From an uncultured Gammaproteobacteria bacterium (lineage in GTDB: Bacteria > Patescibacteriota > Microgenomatia > UBA1406 > GWC2-37-13), in assembly GCA_964521305.1 (NCBI GenBank), contig CAZFQZ010000001.1, positions 22 through 64,021 of the forward strand: a stretch of 64,000 bases of DNA, given 5' to 3'. The notes under the pieces are model-generated. The model had not been told where the DNA came from. It saw only the letters and a program-made list of their open reading frames with translations, and made no database searches. Of the stretch, positions 26,842 to 35,557 are shown piece after piece. The position numbers were made by a program, and so were the translations under genes. The stretch's first letter is position 1. Every line of letters starts with the position of its first letter.

Positions 26842-27914
26842 TCGGGAATTATTGTATAATGATTTGTATGTTCGCTCCAACTTTTATCATAACGAACAAG
26901 ACTCTCACGAATATCGCAAAAATTGAAGCAGCGGAAGAAGTTATTAAACATTCGCCGCTCTTACCGCTCTGGGAAAAACAGTTTAAGGAAGACGCGATCA
27001 TCCGGTCTGCATATCACGGTACGCATATCGAAGGGAATATGTTGCATAAGGATGAGGCAAAAGATGTGTTGCTGGGAAAAGAGGTTATCGGCAGACCCAG
27101 GGATATCCAGGAAGTCATCAACTACCGCAAGGTTATTGAATTTATCGATGAAGAAGCTCAGAGGAAAATAGACAAAATCACCGAAATGCTGGTTAAAAAA
27201 CTACACCGGATCATCGTCGACAATATCCTGTCGTCGGATCAAGCCGGCGAATACCGGATCAAGCAGGTCGTGGTGAGAAATTCCCAGACCGGAGAGATTA
27301 CCTTCAGACCACCGCCTCCCATAGAAGTTCCTTTCCTCATGAGGGAGTTTTTATACTGGATAAACAAGGAAGATCGTGATGAAGTTCATCCGGTTTTGAA
27401 AGCCGGGATTATTCACCACGAGCTGGTGCGCATACATCCCTTCATCGATGGAAACGGCAGGATAGCGCGGGTTTTGGCAACGCTGATTTTGCTTTTAGGC
27501 GGGTACGACATACGCAGGTTTTTTTCGCTCGAGGAATACTATGACAAAGATGCAGTTACATACTACCATAATTTGCAGAAAGCGACTGCCGGCGATTTGA
27601 CGAGCTGGTTGGAATATTTTACGTTCGGTGCATCGGTCGAATTCGAAAAAGTAAAGGAGAAAATCCTTAAACTTTCAAAGGATGTTAAGCTGAAGGAGAA
27701 ATTCGGCGGTCAACAGATCTATTTGACCGAGCGTCAGATAAAAGTTATCGAGTATATCCAGGAAATCGGATATTTGCAGAACCAGAACTTTTCTTCGGTA
27801 TTTCCTGATGTATCCGAAGATACAGTTCTCAGGGATCTGCAGGATTTGATCAAAAAAGGGTTATTAAAAAAAATAGGCAGCACCAAGGCAGCGAGATATA
27901 CATTAATAAGTTAA
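26838..27914 (+). CDS. Fic/DOC family protein with C-terminal wHTH
   Basis: Canonical Fic motif HPFIDGNGRIARVL. Start ATG 26838 overlaps the uppS stop (ATGA). C-terminal LTERQIKVIEYIQE..YLQNQNF......SEDTVLRDLQDLIKKGLL resembles a winged helix. Confidence 0.9.
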   Translation: MIGNYCIMICMFAPTFIITNKTLTNIAKIEAAEEVIKHSPLLPLWEKQFKEDAIIRSAYHGTHIEGNMLHKDEAKDVLLGKEVIGRPRDIQEVINYRKVIEFIDEEAQRKIDKITEMLVKKLHRIIVDNILSSDQAGEYRIKQVVVRNSQTGEITFRPPPPIEVPFLMREFLYWINKEDRDEVHPVLKAGIIHHELVRIHPFIDGNGRIARVLATLILLLGGYDIRRFFSLEEYYDKDAVTYYHNLQKATAGDLTSWLEYFTFGASVEFEKVKEKILKLSKDVKLKEKFGGQQIYLTERQIKVIEYIQEIGYLQNQNFSSVFPDVSEDTVLRDLQDLIKKGLLKKIGSTKAARYTLIS

Positions 27915-27918
27915 TAAA

Positions 27919-28104
27919 GTGGACAAGCAATCGCTTGAGATCATCTATTTGGGGTTTCTGTTGCCCGGGTTATTCTCTCTGACGCTTGTGGCGGAAGGGA
28001 TATATAAAATTTCCAAGCACGAAGAGGGATTTTTTACCTTTGCCCTGGGTGTGCTTTTTTTGATCGGTTTGGGGTTGGCTTATCTGTTTTTGTTTAAACA
28101 ATGA
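27919..28104 (+). CDS. small two-TM membrane protein
   Basis: 61 codons, GTG start, two hydrophobic helices. Its stop overlaps the ligase ATG (ATGA). Confidence 0.45.
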   Translation: MDKQSLEIIYLGFLLPGLFSLTLVAEGIYKISKHEEGFFTFALGVLFLIGLGLAYLFLFKQ

Positions 28105-29888
28105 AATTCAGGGATTTATCCGTATATATCGAACGCATCGAAAACACCTCTTCCCGTTTGGCTATAACGCACGAGCTGTCCGATCTTTTCAAGAAATTGG
28201 CTCCGGACGAGATCGCCAAGACAGTATATTTGCTGCAAGGCAGAGTAGCTCCCCAATACGAAAAGCTCGAATTCAGCCTAGCTGAGAAAATGGCGATGAA
28301 AAGTATCATTATGGCATTGAACCTCGAAAAAAAACTGTTCGATCACCATTACGCGAAAATAGGAGACCTCGGCAAAACCGCGGAATATTTTAAAAAAGAA
28401 ATTAAGCTGTTCGATGAACAAGATCTGAGTATAAAAGAAGTATATGAACAGCTTTTATCGCTTGCCAAAGTATCGGGAAACGGATCCCAGGAGACAAAAA
28501 TCCGCATTCTTTCCAATCTCATCAGGCAACTGGATCCATTATCGGTTCGTTATCTGGTGCGTATACCGGTCGGCGTCATGCGGCTTGGATTTTCGGATAT
28601 GACCGTATTGGATGCGTATTCATGGATGCTGTCCGGCGGGAAAACGTTGCGGTCGACCATTGAACAGGCATACCACGTGAGTCCTGACCTTGGTATTATA
28701 GGGTCGTTGGTCAAGGAGAAGGGTATTAAAGGCTTGGCGCATATCAAACCGAGAATATTTACACCTATATTGATGATGAGAGCAGAACGGTTGTCATCTG
28801 CAGAGGATATAATGAAGCAAATAGGGACGTGTGCCATCGAACCGAAATATGACGGATTCAGGCTGCAAATTCACTACGCGAAAAAGAAAGATTTGGTCAG
28901 GCTGTATTCGCGGAATCTCGAAGAAGTTTCGTATATGTATCCCGATGTGATAGCAGGAGTAAAACAAGAAATCAAAGCTGATGAAATTATAATTGAGGGG
29001 GAGGCAATAGGATTTGATCCGCAGACAGGAACGTTTCTTCCGTTTCAGGAAACCGTACAGAGAAAGAGGAAGTATGACATTGAAGAAAAAGCAAAGGAAA
29101 TCCCGCTTAAACTGTTTTCATTCGAACTTCTTTATTGTGATGGAATCAATTACATCCATAAACCCTATGCCGAGAGAAGGAAGACGCTGGAGAAAAATCT
29201 CAAGATTACCGGTGATATTTTTAAAGACACCATCCTTATTGCCCCGGAGATAGTTGCGCATGACGCAAAAACCATAGAAATCGAGTTTGACGACGCCATC
29301 TCAAAAGGACTCGAAGGGATTATCGCGAAAAAACTCGACGGTATCTATCAGCCGGGCGCTCGAGGATGGAATTGGATAAAGTTCAAACGGAGCTACTCGT
29401 CGAAAATAGAAGATACGATCGACTGTCTGGTGATGGGATTTGATTTCGGCAAAGGAAAACGGACAAAATTCGGAATCGGCGCTTTTTTGGTGGGCGTGTA
29501 TGACGAGAAACACGACCAATATGTTACCATGGCAAAAATCGGGACAGGTTTGTCGGACATAGAGTGGAAAGAGCTGTATAAACGATGCAATCTGCACAAG
29601 TCAGATAAAAGACCCGCCTTGTACGACGTGGACAAGCAGATGAGCGTGGATGTGTGGGTAAAGCCGAAGATTGTCGTCGAGATTCGTGCGGACGAAATTT
29701 CCCGTTCTCCGGTCCATACCGCAGGGAGAGTTCTGAAAGCATCGAAATCGGGAGGAGCGCTTGAGGTAGATATCCCCGGATATGCCTTGCGGTTTCCCCG
29801 GCTGGAACGGTTCAGAAACGATAAACGGCCGGAAGATATAACGACGCTGAAGGAAACGGAAAAAATGTTCAAGGCGCAGAAGAAATAA
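28101..29888 (+). CDS. ATP-dependent DNA ligase, archaeal/eukaryotic Lig1-like three-domain type
   Basis: Adenylation motif I EPKYDGFRLQIH, motif III IIIEGEAIG, motif IV EGIIAKK, motif V VMGFDFGKGKR and OB domain VVEIRADEISRSP. A ~230-aa N-terminal DNA-binding domain is present. Confidence 0.92.
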   Translation: MKFRDLSVYIERIENTSSRLAITHELSDLFKKLAPDEIAKTVYLLQGRVAPQYEKLEFSLAEKMAMKSIIMALNLEKKLFDHHYAKIGDLGKTAEYFKKEIKLFDEQDLSIKEVYEQLLSLAKVSGNGSQETKIRILSNLIRQLDPLSVRYLVRIPVGVMRLGFSDMTVLDAYSWMLSGGKTLRSTIEQAYHVSPDLGIIGSLVKEKGIKGLAHIKPRIFTPILMMRAERLSSAEDIMKQIGTCAIEPKYDGFRLQIHYAKKKDLVRLYSRNLEEVSYMYPDVIAGVKQEIKADEIIIEGEAIGFDPQTGTFLPFQETVQRKRKYDIEEKAKEIPLKLFSFELLYCDGINYIHKPYAERRKTLEKNLKITGDIFKDTILIAPEIVAHDAKTIEIEFDDAISKGLEGIIAKKLDGIYQPGARGWNWIKFKRSYSSKIEDTIDCLVMGFDFGKGKRTKFGIGAFLVGVYDEKHDQYVTMAKIGTGLSDIEWKELYKRCNLHKSDKRPALYDVDKQMSVDVWVKPKIVVEIRADEISRSPVHTAGRVLKASKSGGALEVDIPGYALRFPRLERFRNDKRPEDITTLKETEKMFKAQKK

Positions 29889-30464
29889 CTACGGGTGTAA
29901 TACCCGAAGATAGGTAATAATAATGATTAAATCCAATGCGGCAGCGCCAACCAGTTGGGCTATCGTGTGTTTTTTCAGCACGTACCGCGCCCAAAAGACC
30001 AACGGAATACAGAGATATAACCAGGGAAAACGCCACCCGAACAGATAGTTGATGAAGATCGCGCCCGCTACATTGACGGTCATATGAAAACTGATTTTCC
30101 AAAACAACGTAATCACCGCGTTGACGATGAAAAGAATGAAAAACAGGATATAAAGATGGAGTAATACAGAATTGGCGAGAAAAAACACCGATGCCAATCC
30201 GCACAGGAAACATATAAACATGATAAAGAGAGGCTTGAAGCGTTCGGTTCTTTTAGTCAGATCCAAGTCGCTTACCTTGCCGGTTTTATAAGCGAGTACG
30301 ATGGAGGAAAAAGGGATGACAATAAAGAAAAGTATGAGTAAAGAAAGTAGAGGTATTTCCAGGCTGCTTCCAACTCCGGTGAAAAAAACAAACAAGATTA
30401 CTAGTACAGGAAGCCATAACTGGGGTCCCAGCAGGAACGAAATGATTTTCGCGACTTTTTTCAT
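29889..30464 (-). CDS. polytopic membrane protein, divergent PAP2-like phosphatase?
   Basis: Six TM helices. ISFHMT and ARYVLKKHT loosely resemble PAP2 motifs C2/C3 (PSGH, SRxxxxxH), but the final Asp is not evident. Confidence 0.4.
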   Translation of the reverse strand: MKKVAKIISFLLGPQLWLPVLVILFVFFTGVGSSLEIPLLSLLILFFIVIPFSSIVLAYKTGKVSDLDLTKRTERFKPLFIMFICFLCGLASVFFLANSVLLHLYILFFILFIVNAVITLFWKISFHMTVNVAGAIFINYLFGWRFPWLYLCIPLVFWARYVLKKHTIAQLVGAAALDLIIIITYLRVLHP

Positions 30465-31153
30465 GTGTTCAGTTTATGGTGGTTGGTAAATGTTGAATAT
30501 ATCTTGATGGGATATTCGATAAAGAACGACAGAGGGTTTTTGACGATACGCCGGGCAGACGAATACATGATGAGTTGGTTGTCGCGTAAAATGCTTCCGT
30601 GCGCATGGACGATATGAATCGTCAGATCGATATCTTCGTGTACCTTGGTGTTGTCAGTGCATACGGCCGCGCGTATTTGTCGCCATAGTTTACTTGTTAT
30701 ACACATGTTTGGACCCATGAGGACGTCATTACCGCGTAACGCAATTTTCATGGATTCTGCGTACAAACGCACAAATGCTTTCATTACGGAAGGAAGATCA
30801 TAATATATGATCGGACCGGTCAATGCATCGATGTTTTGAGACGAGAACACGGATTTAATTTTTTGCACCCAATTCCCAGGAGCATAAGAATCAGCGTCAC
30901 ATCGTGCTATTATCTCAAATCCGGCGGCATCGAAACCCCTGTTTCTCGAAAACGTAATGCCTTGCGTGTGTTCCGTAACGATCTTAACAGGGAACCGTCG
31001 CACTATTGCGGCAGTTTTGTCCGTCGAATTGTTGTCCACGATGATGATTTCATCAGGTGGAACCGTTTGTTTAAGAAGGCTCGTTATACATCGTTCAATA
31101 AAGACTTCCTCGTTATAAACCGGAATAACGACTGATACTCTCGGATAATTCAT
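30461..31153 (-). CDS. family 2 glycosyltransferase
   Basis: VSVVIPVYNEEVFIERCITSLLKQT....IIIVDNNSTDKT and DAD motif (RCDADS). Confidence 0.88.
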   Translation of the reverse strand: MNYPRVSVVIPVYNEEVFIERCITSLLKQTVPPDEIIIVDNNSTDKTAAIVRRFPVKIVTEHTQGITFSRNRGFDAAGFEIIARCDADSYAPGNWVQKIKSVFSSQNIDALTGPIIYYDLPSVMKAFVRLYAESMKIALRGNDVLMGPNMCITSKLWRQIRAAVCTDNTKVHEDIDLTIHIVHAHGSILRDNQLIMYSSARRIVKNPLSFFIEYPIKIYSTFTNHHKLNT

Positions 31154-31179
31154 GGCTCTTTGGTATAATTTTTACATTC

Positions 31180-32001
31180 ATGGGCACGATAACAGTATCT
31201 ATCATTATACCAACCTTGCGCGAGAAAGATTTTTTACCCAATTTGCTGAGGGATTTAAAAAACCAGACTGATCGTGATTTTGAAGTGCTCATCATCGACG
31301 CGAAATCCATGGACGGAACGCATGAAATAGTCGGAGCGTATAAAAATCAGCTGAAAGCATGTTTCATTGAAGTAAAGACACCCAATGTTTCCCACCAGAG
31401 GAATATCGGAGCAAGACATGCTGTCGGAGATTTCTGCATTTTCCTGGATGCCGATACCAGGATATCGTCAGGTTTTGTGAAGAAAATAAAAGAATATATA
31501 GCAGAGAAAAAAGGACTGCTTTTTTTACCGTATATCATGCCGGACGAGAATTATGCAGAACTTAGGATATTGTTCAAACTCATCAATTTTCTTGTCGAAA
31601 TGTCGCAGAATTTTGCCAAACCGTTTTCACTCGGAGGCTCAATGATCATCGAGAAAAAATTTTTCCACAGAGTGGGCGGATTCAACGAAAAAGTATACCT
31701 CGGTGAGGATCATAAATTCATCAGAGATGCGCAAAAATGGGGAGTGCGCGCAAAGTTGTTGCATAATGTACGTATCAGATATTCGTTGCGTCGTATGAAA
31801 CAAGAGGGCCAACTGCAATTTTATTACAAAAATCTCATTGCGACGCTACATATCTTATTCAAAGGCAATATTAACAATAGGATATTTGACTATCAGATGG
31901 GAGGTGGCCATTACGACTGGACAGCGCTCAAGCAATACAAAGATCAATCGTTGCAGCGTTCGATCGAACAGATACGCGACTTTTTCCGCAGGGAATTCTA
32001 G
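31180..32001 (+). CDS. family 2 glycosyltransferase
   Basis: VSIIIPTLREKDFLPNLLRDLKNQTDRDFEVLIIDAKSMDGT, DxD (LDADT). Extended -10 TGGTATAAT lies 10 nt upstream of the ATG. Confidence 0.88.
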   Translation: MGTITVSIIIPTLREKDFLPNLLRDLKNQTDRDFEVLIIDAKSMDGTHEIVGAYKNQLKACFIEVKTPNVSHQRNIGARHAVGDFCIFLDADTRISSGFVKKIKEYIAEKKGLLFLPYIMPDENYAELRILFKLINFLVEMSQNFAKPFSLGGSMIIEKKFFHRVGGFNEKVYLGEDHKFIRDAQKWGVRAKLLHNVRIRYSLRRMKQEGQLQFYYKNLIATLHILFKGNINNRIFDYQMGGGHYDWTALKQYKDQSLQRSIEQIRDFFRREF

Positions 32002-32841
32002 TTACAGCGAGAATATGGCGGATATGGGGAAATGGTCGGAGAACCGCAGATCCAATTTGGTTACCTTTTTTATACGCAGTTTCCGATAAAATATGTAATC
32101 AGGTTTGAGGCGGTTGGCAATGGTCCGATTGATAATTTTTAAGGACAAACGTTGCAGGAAATTGAATTGTTCGAATTTGCCGTCGGCGCTGAAACGTACC
32201 GAAGGGAGTACCATATTTCTGGTCGCTTCCTTTAATCCGTATACATGAATAATTTTTTCCAGTCTTTTTCTCCGGTACGGGAAATAGTTGAAATCACCGC
32301 ATATGATGATTGGTAACGTTTTGTCCAGGTTCAGCGAGTCCAAAATTCCCCTGATATGGTTGATCCGAATAGAGTTGGTCGCAAATAACAGCAGGTGGAC
32401 GTTATATACGGAAATTTTCTTATGCGTGGCCTTGTCCAAAAAATCCGTGCGCAAAATAGTGCGCGGCTGGTTTATCCCCAGCACGAGTTTGAGGATAAGG
32501 AAAAAAATCTCGGGAATGCTTTTGTGCAGATTGATCGGCTCGGAATCGATAAGGGTAAATTTCTTCGGGTTATAATAGGTCGCGACACCGAAGATGCTGT
32601 TGAATTGAATAAATGAATTGCTGTAATCAGCTAATTTATATCCCTTGTTCTCCAGAGACAACAGATTGGTTTCGTCGGTATTGATTTCCTGGAAACATAT
32701 GATATCCGGCCGTTCTTTCTCAATGACCGCGTCGATCTTCTTATATGCCTTGTTGAAAAGGGTATTGTAGGTCAAAACACCGAAATTCATGCTTCTATTA
32801 TACAAAACTAAGGAACTCACTTGGCGCGTAATGTTATCCAC
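32002..32841 (-). CDS. endonuclease/exonuclease/phosphatase (EEP) family protein
   Basis: PDIICFQE motif near the N-terminus, GDFNY and SDHFPI near the C-terminus. Confidence 0.85.
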   Translation of the reverse strand: MDNITRQVSSLVLYNRSMNFGVLTYNTLFNKAYKKIDAVIEKERPDIICFQEINTDETNLLSLENKGYKLADYSNSFIQFNSIFGVATYYNPKKFTLIDSEPINLHKSIPEIFFLILKLVLGINQPRTILRTDFLDKATHKKISVYNVHLLLFATNSIRINHIRGILDSLNLDKTLPIIICGDFNYFPYRRKRLEKIIHVYGLKEATRNMVLPSVRFSADGKFEQFNFLQRLSLKIINRTIANRLKPDYIFYRKLRIKKVTKLDLRFSDHFPISAIFSL

Positions 32842-32939
32842 AAAGGATTTTGTTGAAAAAGTAACGCGGTGTGACTTGCTAAATCACGTCCCATATTCTA
32901 TAGGATATCTTATAAATACAGTGTTTTTTTCTATAGGTC

Positions 32940-32968
32940 TTGACAAAACGGAAAATGTTCTTTATAGT
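32940..32968 (+). promoter_or_regulatory. consensus sigma70-like promoter TTGACA-N17-TATAGT
   Basis: -35 at 32940-32945, 17-nt spacer, -10 at 32963-32968. The ATG at 32975 is 6 nt downstream of the -10. Confidence 0.6.
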
Positions 32969-32974
32969 AAAGTT

Positions 32975-33133
32975 ATGAACAGATTTGCATTCTCATCAAA
33001 AGCTAAACATATAGAATATGGATTACAAAGGAGTACTGCTCAGAAGACGGATTTGATCAGTTTTGTATCAAACCAATTTAGACAGCTTTCAAGGAAAAAC
33101 CTAAAGATTCCCATTCAGCTCTATCAGCTGTAA
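32975..33133 (+). CDS. orphan 52-codon ORF (MNRFAFSSKAKHIEYGLQRSTAQK...), leaderless geometry; may instead be a non-coding RNA
   Basis: Bracketed by a consensus promoter and a strong intrinsic terminator. No SD. The 3' part folds (ATTCCCATT...AATGGGAAT around the stop codon). Confidence 0.35.
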   Translation: MNRFAFSSKAKHIEYGLQRSTAQKTDLISFVSNQFRQLSRKNLKIPIQLYQL

Positions 33134-33153
33134 TAAATGGGAATAAAAAAAAG

Positions 33154-33209
33154 AAGAGCATCACTACCGCTCGTATAAGGGGACGACGAGTAGTAATGCT
33201 CTTTTTTTT
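33154..33209. terminator. bidirectional intrinsic terminator
   Basis: Long imperfect hairpin (GAGCATCACTAC...GTAGTAATGCTC) flanked by A8 (33144-33151) on the left and T8 (33202-33209) on the right. Confidence 0.75.
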
Positions 33210-33239
33210 CCCGAAACACTTTCGGAACTAATTATCATT

Positions 33240-33268
33240 ACATTAGCAAATACTTTTTTGTTTGTCAA
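33240..33268 (-). promoter_or_regulatory. sigma70-like promoter TTGACA-N17-TAATGT on the minus strand driving a ~90-nt transcript into the bidirectional terminator
   Basis: -35 at 33268-33263 and -10 at 33245-33240. Downstream on the minus strand lie the hairpin CCGAAAGTGTTTCGG, A8, the long hairpin and T8. Confidence 0.45.
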
Positions 33269-33313
33269 CACTGATTTTACCTGAAATTTAGCCTCAAAAA
33301 ATGTAAAAAGGGG

Positions 33314-35503
33314 CTATAGAGATACCTGATAAACAGTTCCCAAACCATTGGAGGATTTAAACACTACTTTGCCGATTTCCGTAAACTTGTCTTCATCGAT
33401 TCGTGGATATTTCTTGCGTTCCAATTGAGATACGATTACGTATTTAATATGGTATTTCTTGATAAGTTTTTCGGTCAAATAAAGATTGGGTGATTCGTAC
33501 AGGGTTACGATATCTGGAATCCGTTTGGCGATTACATCCGATGATCCTCTCCACAGCCATTCGTGGACCCACCATCCGGCTACAGTCGGCAGTCCGGTCA
33601 TGGCGGATATCCGTTCATAATCGGTGTACGAGTCGCCTTGTGCTTCAAGAATTATCGGCTGTCCTTTTATGTAAGTATTCAGATAATCAATAATTTCCTT
33701 ATCCTGCGGGTAATCAATATTCAACCACTGCATACCTGAGAGATTGCCTGGCTGTGTCAGAGATCCGTAATATGACGGTATGGAGAATAAAGGATAGACG
33801 GCGACGAGGGCGAAGAAAAACAGGAATATCACGCTCATGGCAAAAGATTTTTTCCAATCCAACAGCTTGATCCGATAAAACGTGTATGCCGAGGCAATGC
33901 TCATCATCATAAACGCCTGATAGCCAAGCTTGAACATGGTATTTGCTCTGAAGTGAAGCGGGTAGATGTCTTTGATGTAGAAAAACTCTGGAATGATGAT
34001 AAGTACGGTGCTGAATGAAAACAAAATCAATATAAACAAGTCAATAGCGTTTTGTTTCGGTTCCTGGGAAGCAGTATATATTTTTTCCCGGGATACAATA
34101 TGCGAAAGGATAAACAGAATGTAACTGGTCCAGAAAAACCCCCACAGGACAAACAACATCCAAAAAGGCGACGTTTGGCAGTTTCCTTTTTCGAAAAGAA
34201 ATGGGCCGATTTTACCTATATCGGTCAGGAACCGGGGGCTGCAGTTTACTCCTATGCCTTCGGCAAAAGGGCTGAAAAAATGGGAAAACGGCAACGAGAA
34301 AACGAGGAACGATGACGCAAGGAGCGCCATGGAAATCAACCATTGCCATGAGTAAGAGAGGATCGGGAAAAGAAGGATCGCGATGAGGAGGATATATATG
34401 GGTCCGTCAATAGCGTTGGTCATATAATGTATCGCGGTAAGGAATCCCAATAGAATTATTTGGTAGACGAATGCCTTGTTTTTTAACAATGAAGCCGCGG
34501 TTTTTTTCACTTTGGCATTGACTATATGGCTGTACCAGGTAGCGAAAAATACGAAAAGGATGGCCAATGTGAGAAGAACGATCGGGATGTCGAATACGTG
34601 ACCGTGTAAATCAGCGACGACGTAAGAATACGATGGAAATTCATGGATCGTGTACGGAATGAATCTGGTAGCATTCGGGTACCAATACTGCGTCGGATTA
34701 TACGGTCCGAGAATCTGCCAAAAAGGGATCGGATGATCGGCTGGATACCCCTTGGTAAAGAGATATATGGTATGAAGATTGCCGCCGAGATTGAGAATAA
34801 AGCTGCCCAGCAGTCCGATACACGCAATTTTTACGACTTTGAACGCACCGATGATTTTCTTTTTTATATATGACATGGAGTTGTACACGATGGCGAAGAC
34901 GAATGAAAATGTTTCCGTGATGCCGAGACCGAAAAGAGTGGCAAGAATAAGGTTATATCCGATATCCGGTTCGGTGCCGGTCAACTTGATGAGCGTTGCT
35001 CCCATCAAGTGGCCGAAATAATAATAATTGATCGGATATCCCGCATACCAAATATCCAAAGGGGGAAAATATTTTGCACGGAGGATGGAATTGATGAATC
35101 CGAAATCCATGAATTTTTCCAGACTGTGTATCGATGGTTCCTGACTTCTGATATATGTCCAAAAGACCAACGAACAGAGAAACATGAGTTCTTCGAATAC
35201 CATGAGGATAATGAATTGTAGGTTGGTTTTTCCTTTCTTGCGTCGTGATCTGAAATAGAATATTGAACTGAAAATACAAAGAATTACCGCAATAATCAGG
35301 ATATGGATCTGCGTAAACGGAAACAGATGGAGATCACCGAGGACAAAACTCAGGTAGGCGACAACGATGAACGCAATAATTTTTCCGAATGCGTATCCGC
35401 GGTCAGGAAACGAGGCGAACAATACGCGCGCGATCGGGTACGCAATCAACCCGAGAAGAAACAACGGAACATACCAGTTCAAAAAAATAGAAAGCCAGTT
35501 CAT
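33314..35503 (-). CDS. DUF2298 'YYY' membrane protein (GT-C-like glycosyl/oligosaccharyl transferase superfamily)
   Basis: More than 15 TM helices, hallmark GYPINYYYFGH motif and a soluble C-terminal domain. Start taken at MNWLSIFLNW (35503), because the longer ORF would overlap the divergent valS start. Confidence 0.8.
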   Translation of the reverse strand: MNWLSIFLNWYVPLFLLGLIAYPIARVLFASFPDRGYAFGKIIAFIVVAYLSFVLGDLHLFPFTQIHILIIAVILCIFSSIFYFRSRRKKGKTNLQFIILMVFEELMFLCSLVFWTYIRSQEPSIHSLEKFMDFGFINSILRAKYFPPLDIWYAGYPINYYYFGHLMGATLIKLTGTEPDIGYNLILATLFGLGITETFSFVFAIVYNSMSYIKKKIIGAFKVVKIACIGLLGSFILNLGGNLHTIYLFTKGYPADHPIPFWQILGPYNPTQYWYPNATRFIPYTIHEFPSYSYVVADLHGHVFDIPIVLLTLAILFVFFATWYSHIVNAKVKKTAASLLKNKAFVYQIILLGFLTAIHYMTNAIDGPIYILLIAILLFPILSYSWQWLISMALLASSFLVFSLPFSHFFSPFAEGIGVNCSPRFLTDIGKIGPFLFEKGNCQTSPFWMLFVLWGFFWTSYILFILSHIVSREKIYTASQEPKQNAIDLFILILFSFSTVLIIIPEFFYIKDIYPLHFRANTMFKLGYQAFMMMSIASAYTFYRIKLLDWKKSFAMSVIFLFFFALVAVYPLFSIPSYYGSLTQPGNLSGMQWLNIDYPQDKEIIDYLNTYIKGQPIILEAQGDSYTDYERISAMTGLPTVAGWWVHEWLWRGSSDVIAKRIPDIVTLYESPNLYLTEKLIKKYHIKYVIVSQLERKKYPRIDEDKFTEIGKVVFKSSNGLGTVYQVSL

Positions 35504-35557
35504 AGATTTTTTTTCTAGATTGATTTCCCGCCATATTTTTGATATAAAGGGTAGAAT

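Noticed and set aside
32789-32974. Upstream part of the 114-aa ORF 32789-33133
   Set aside because: It overlaps the 5' end of the EEP gene and runs through the consensus promoter at 32940-32968. Only the promoter-proximal 52-codon part (32975-33133) is retained, and that at low confidence.
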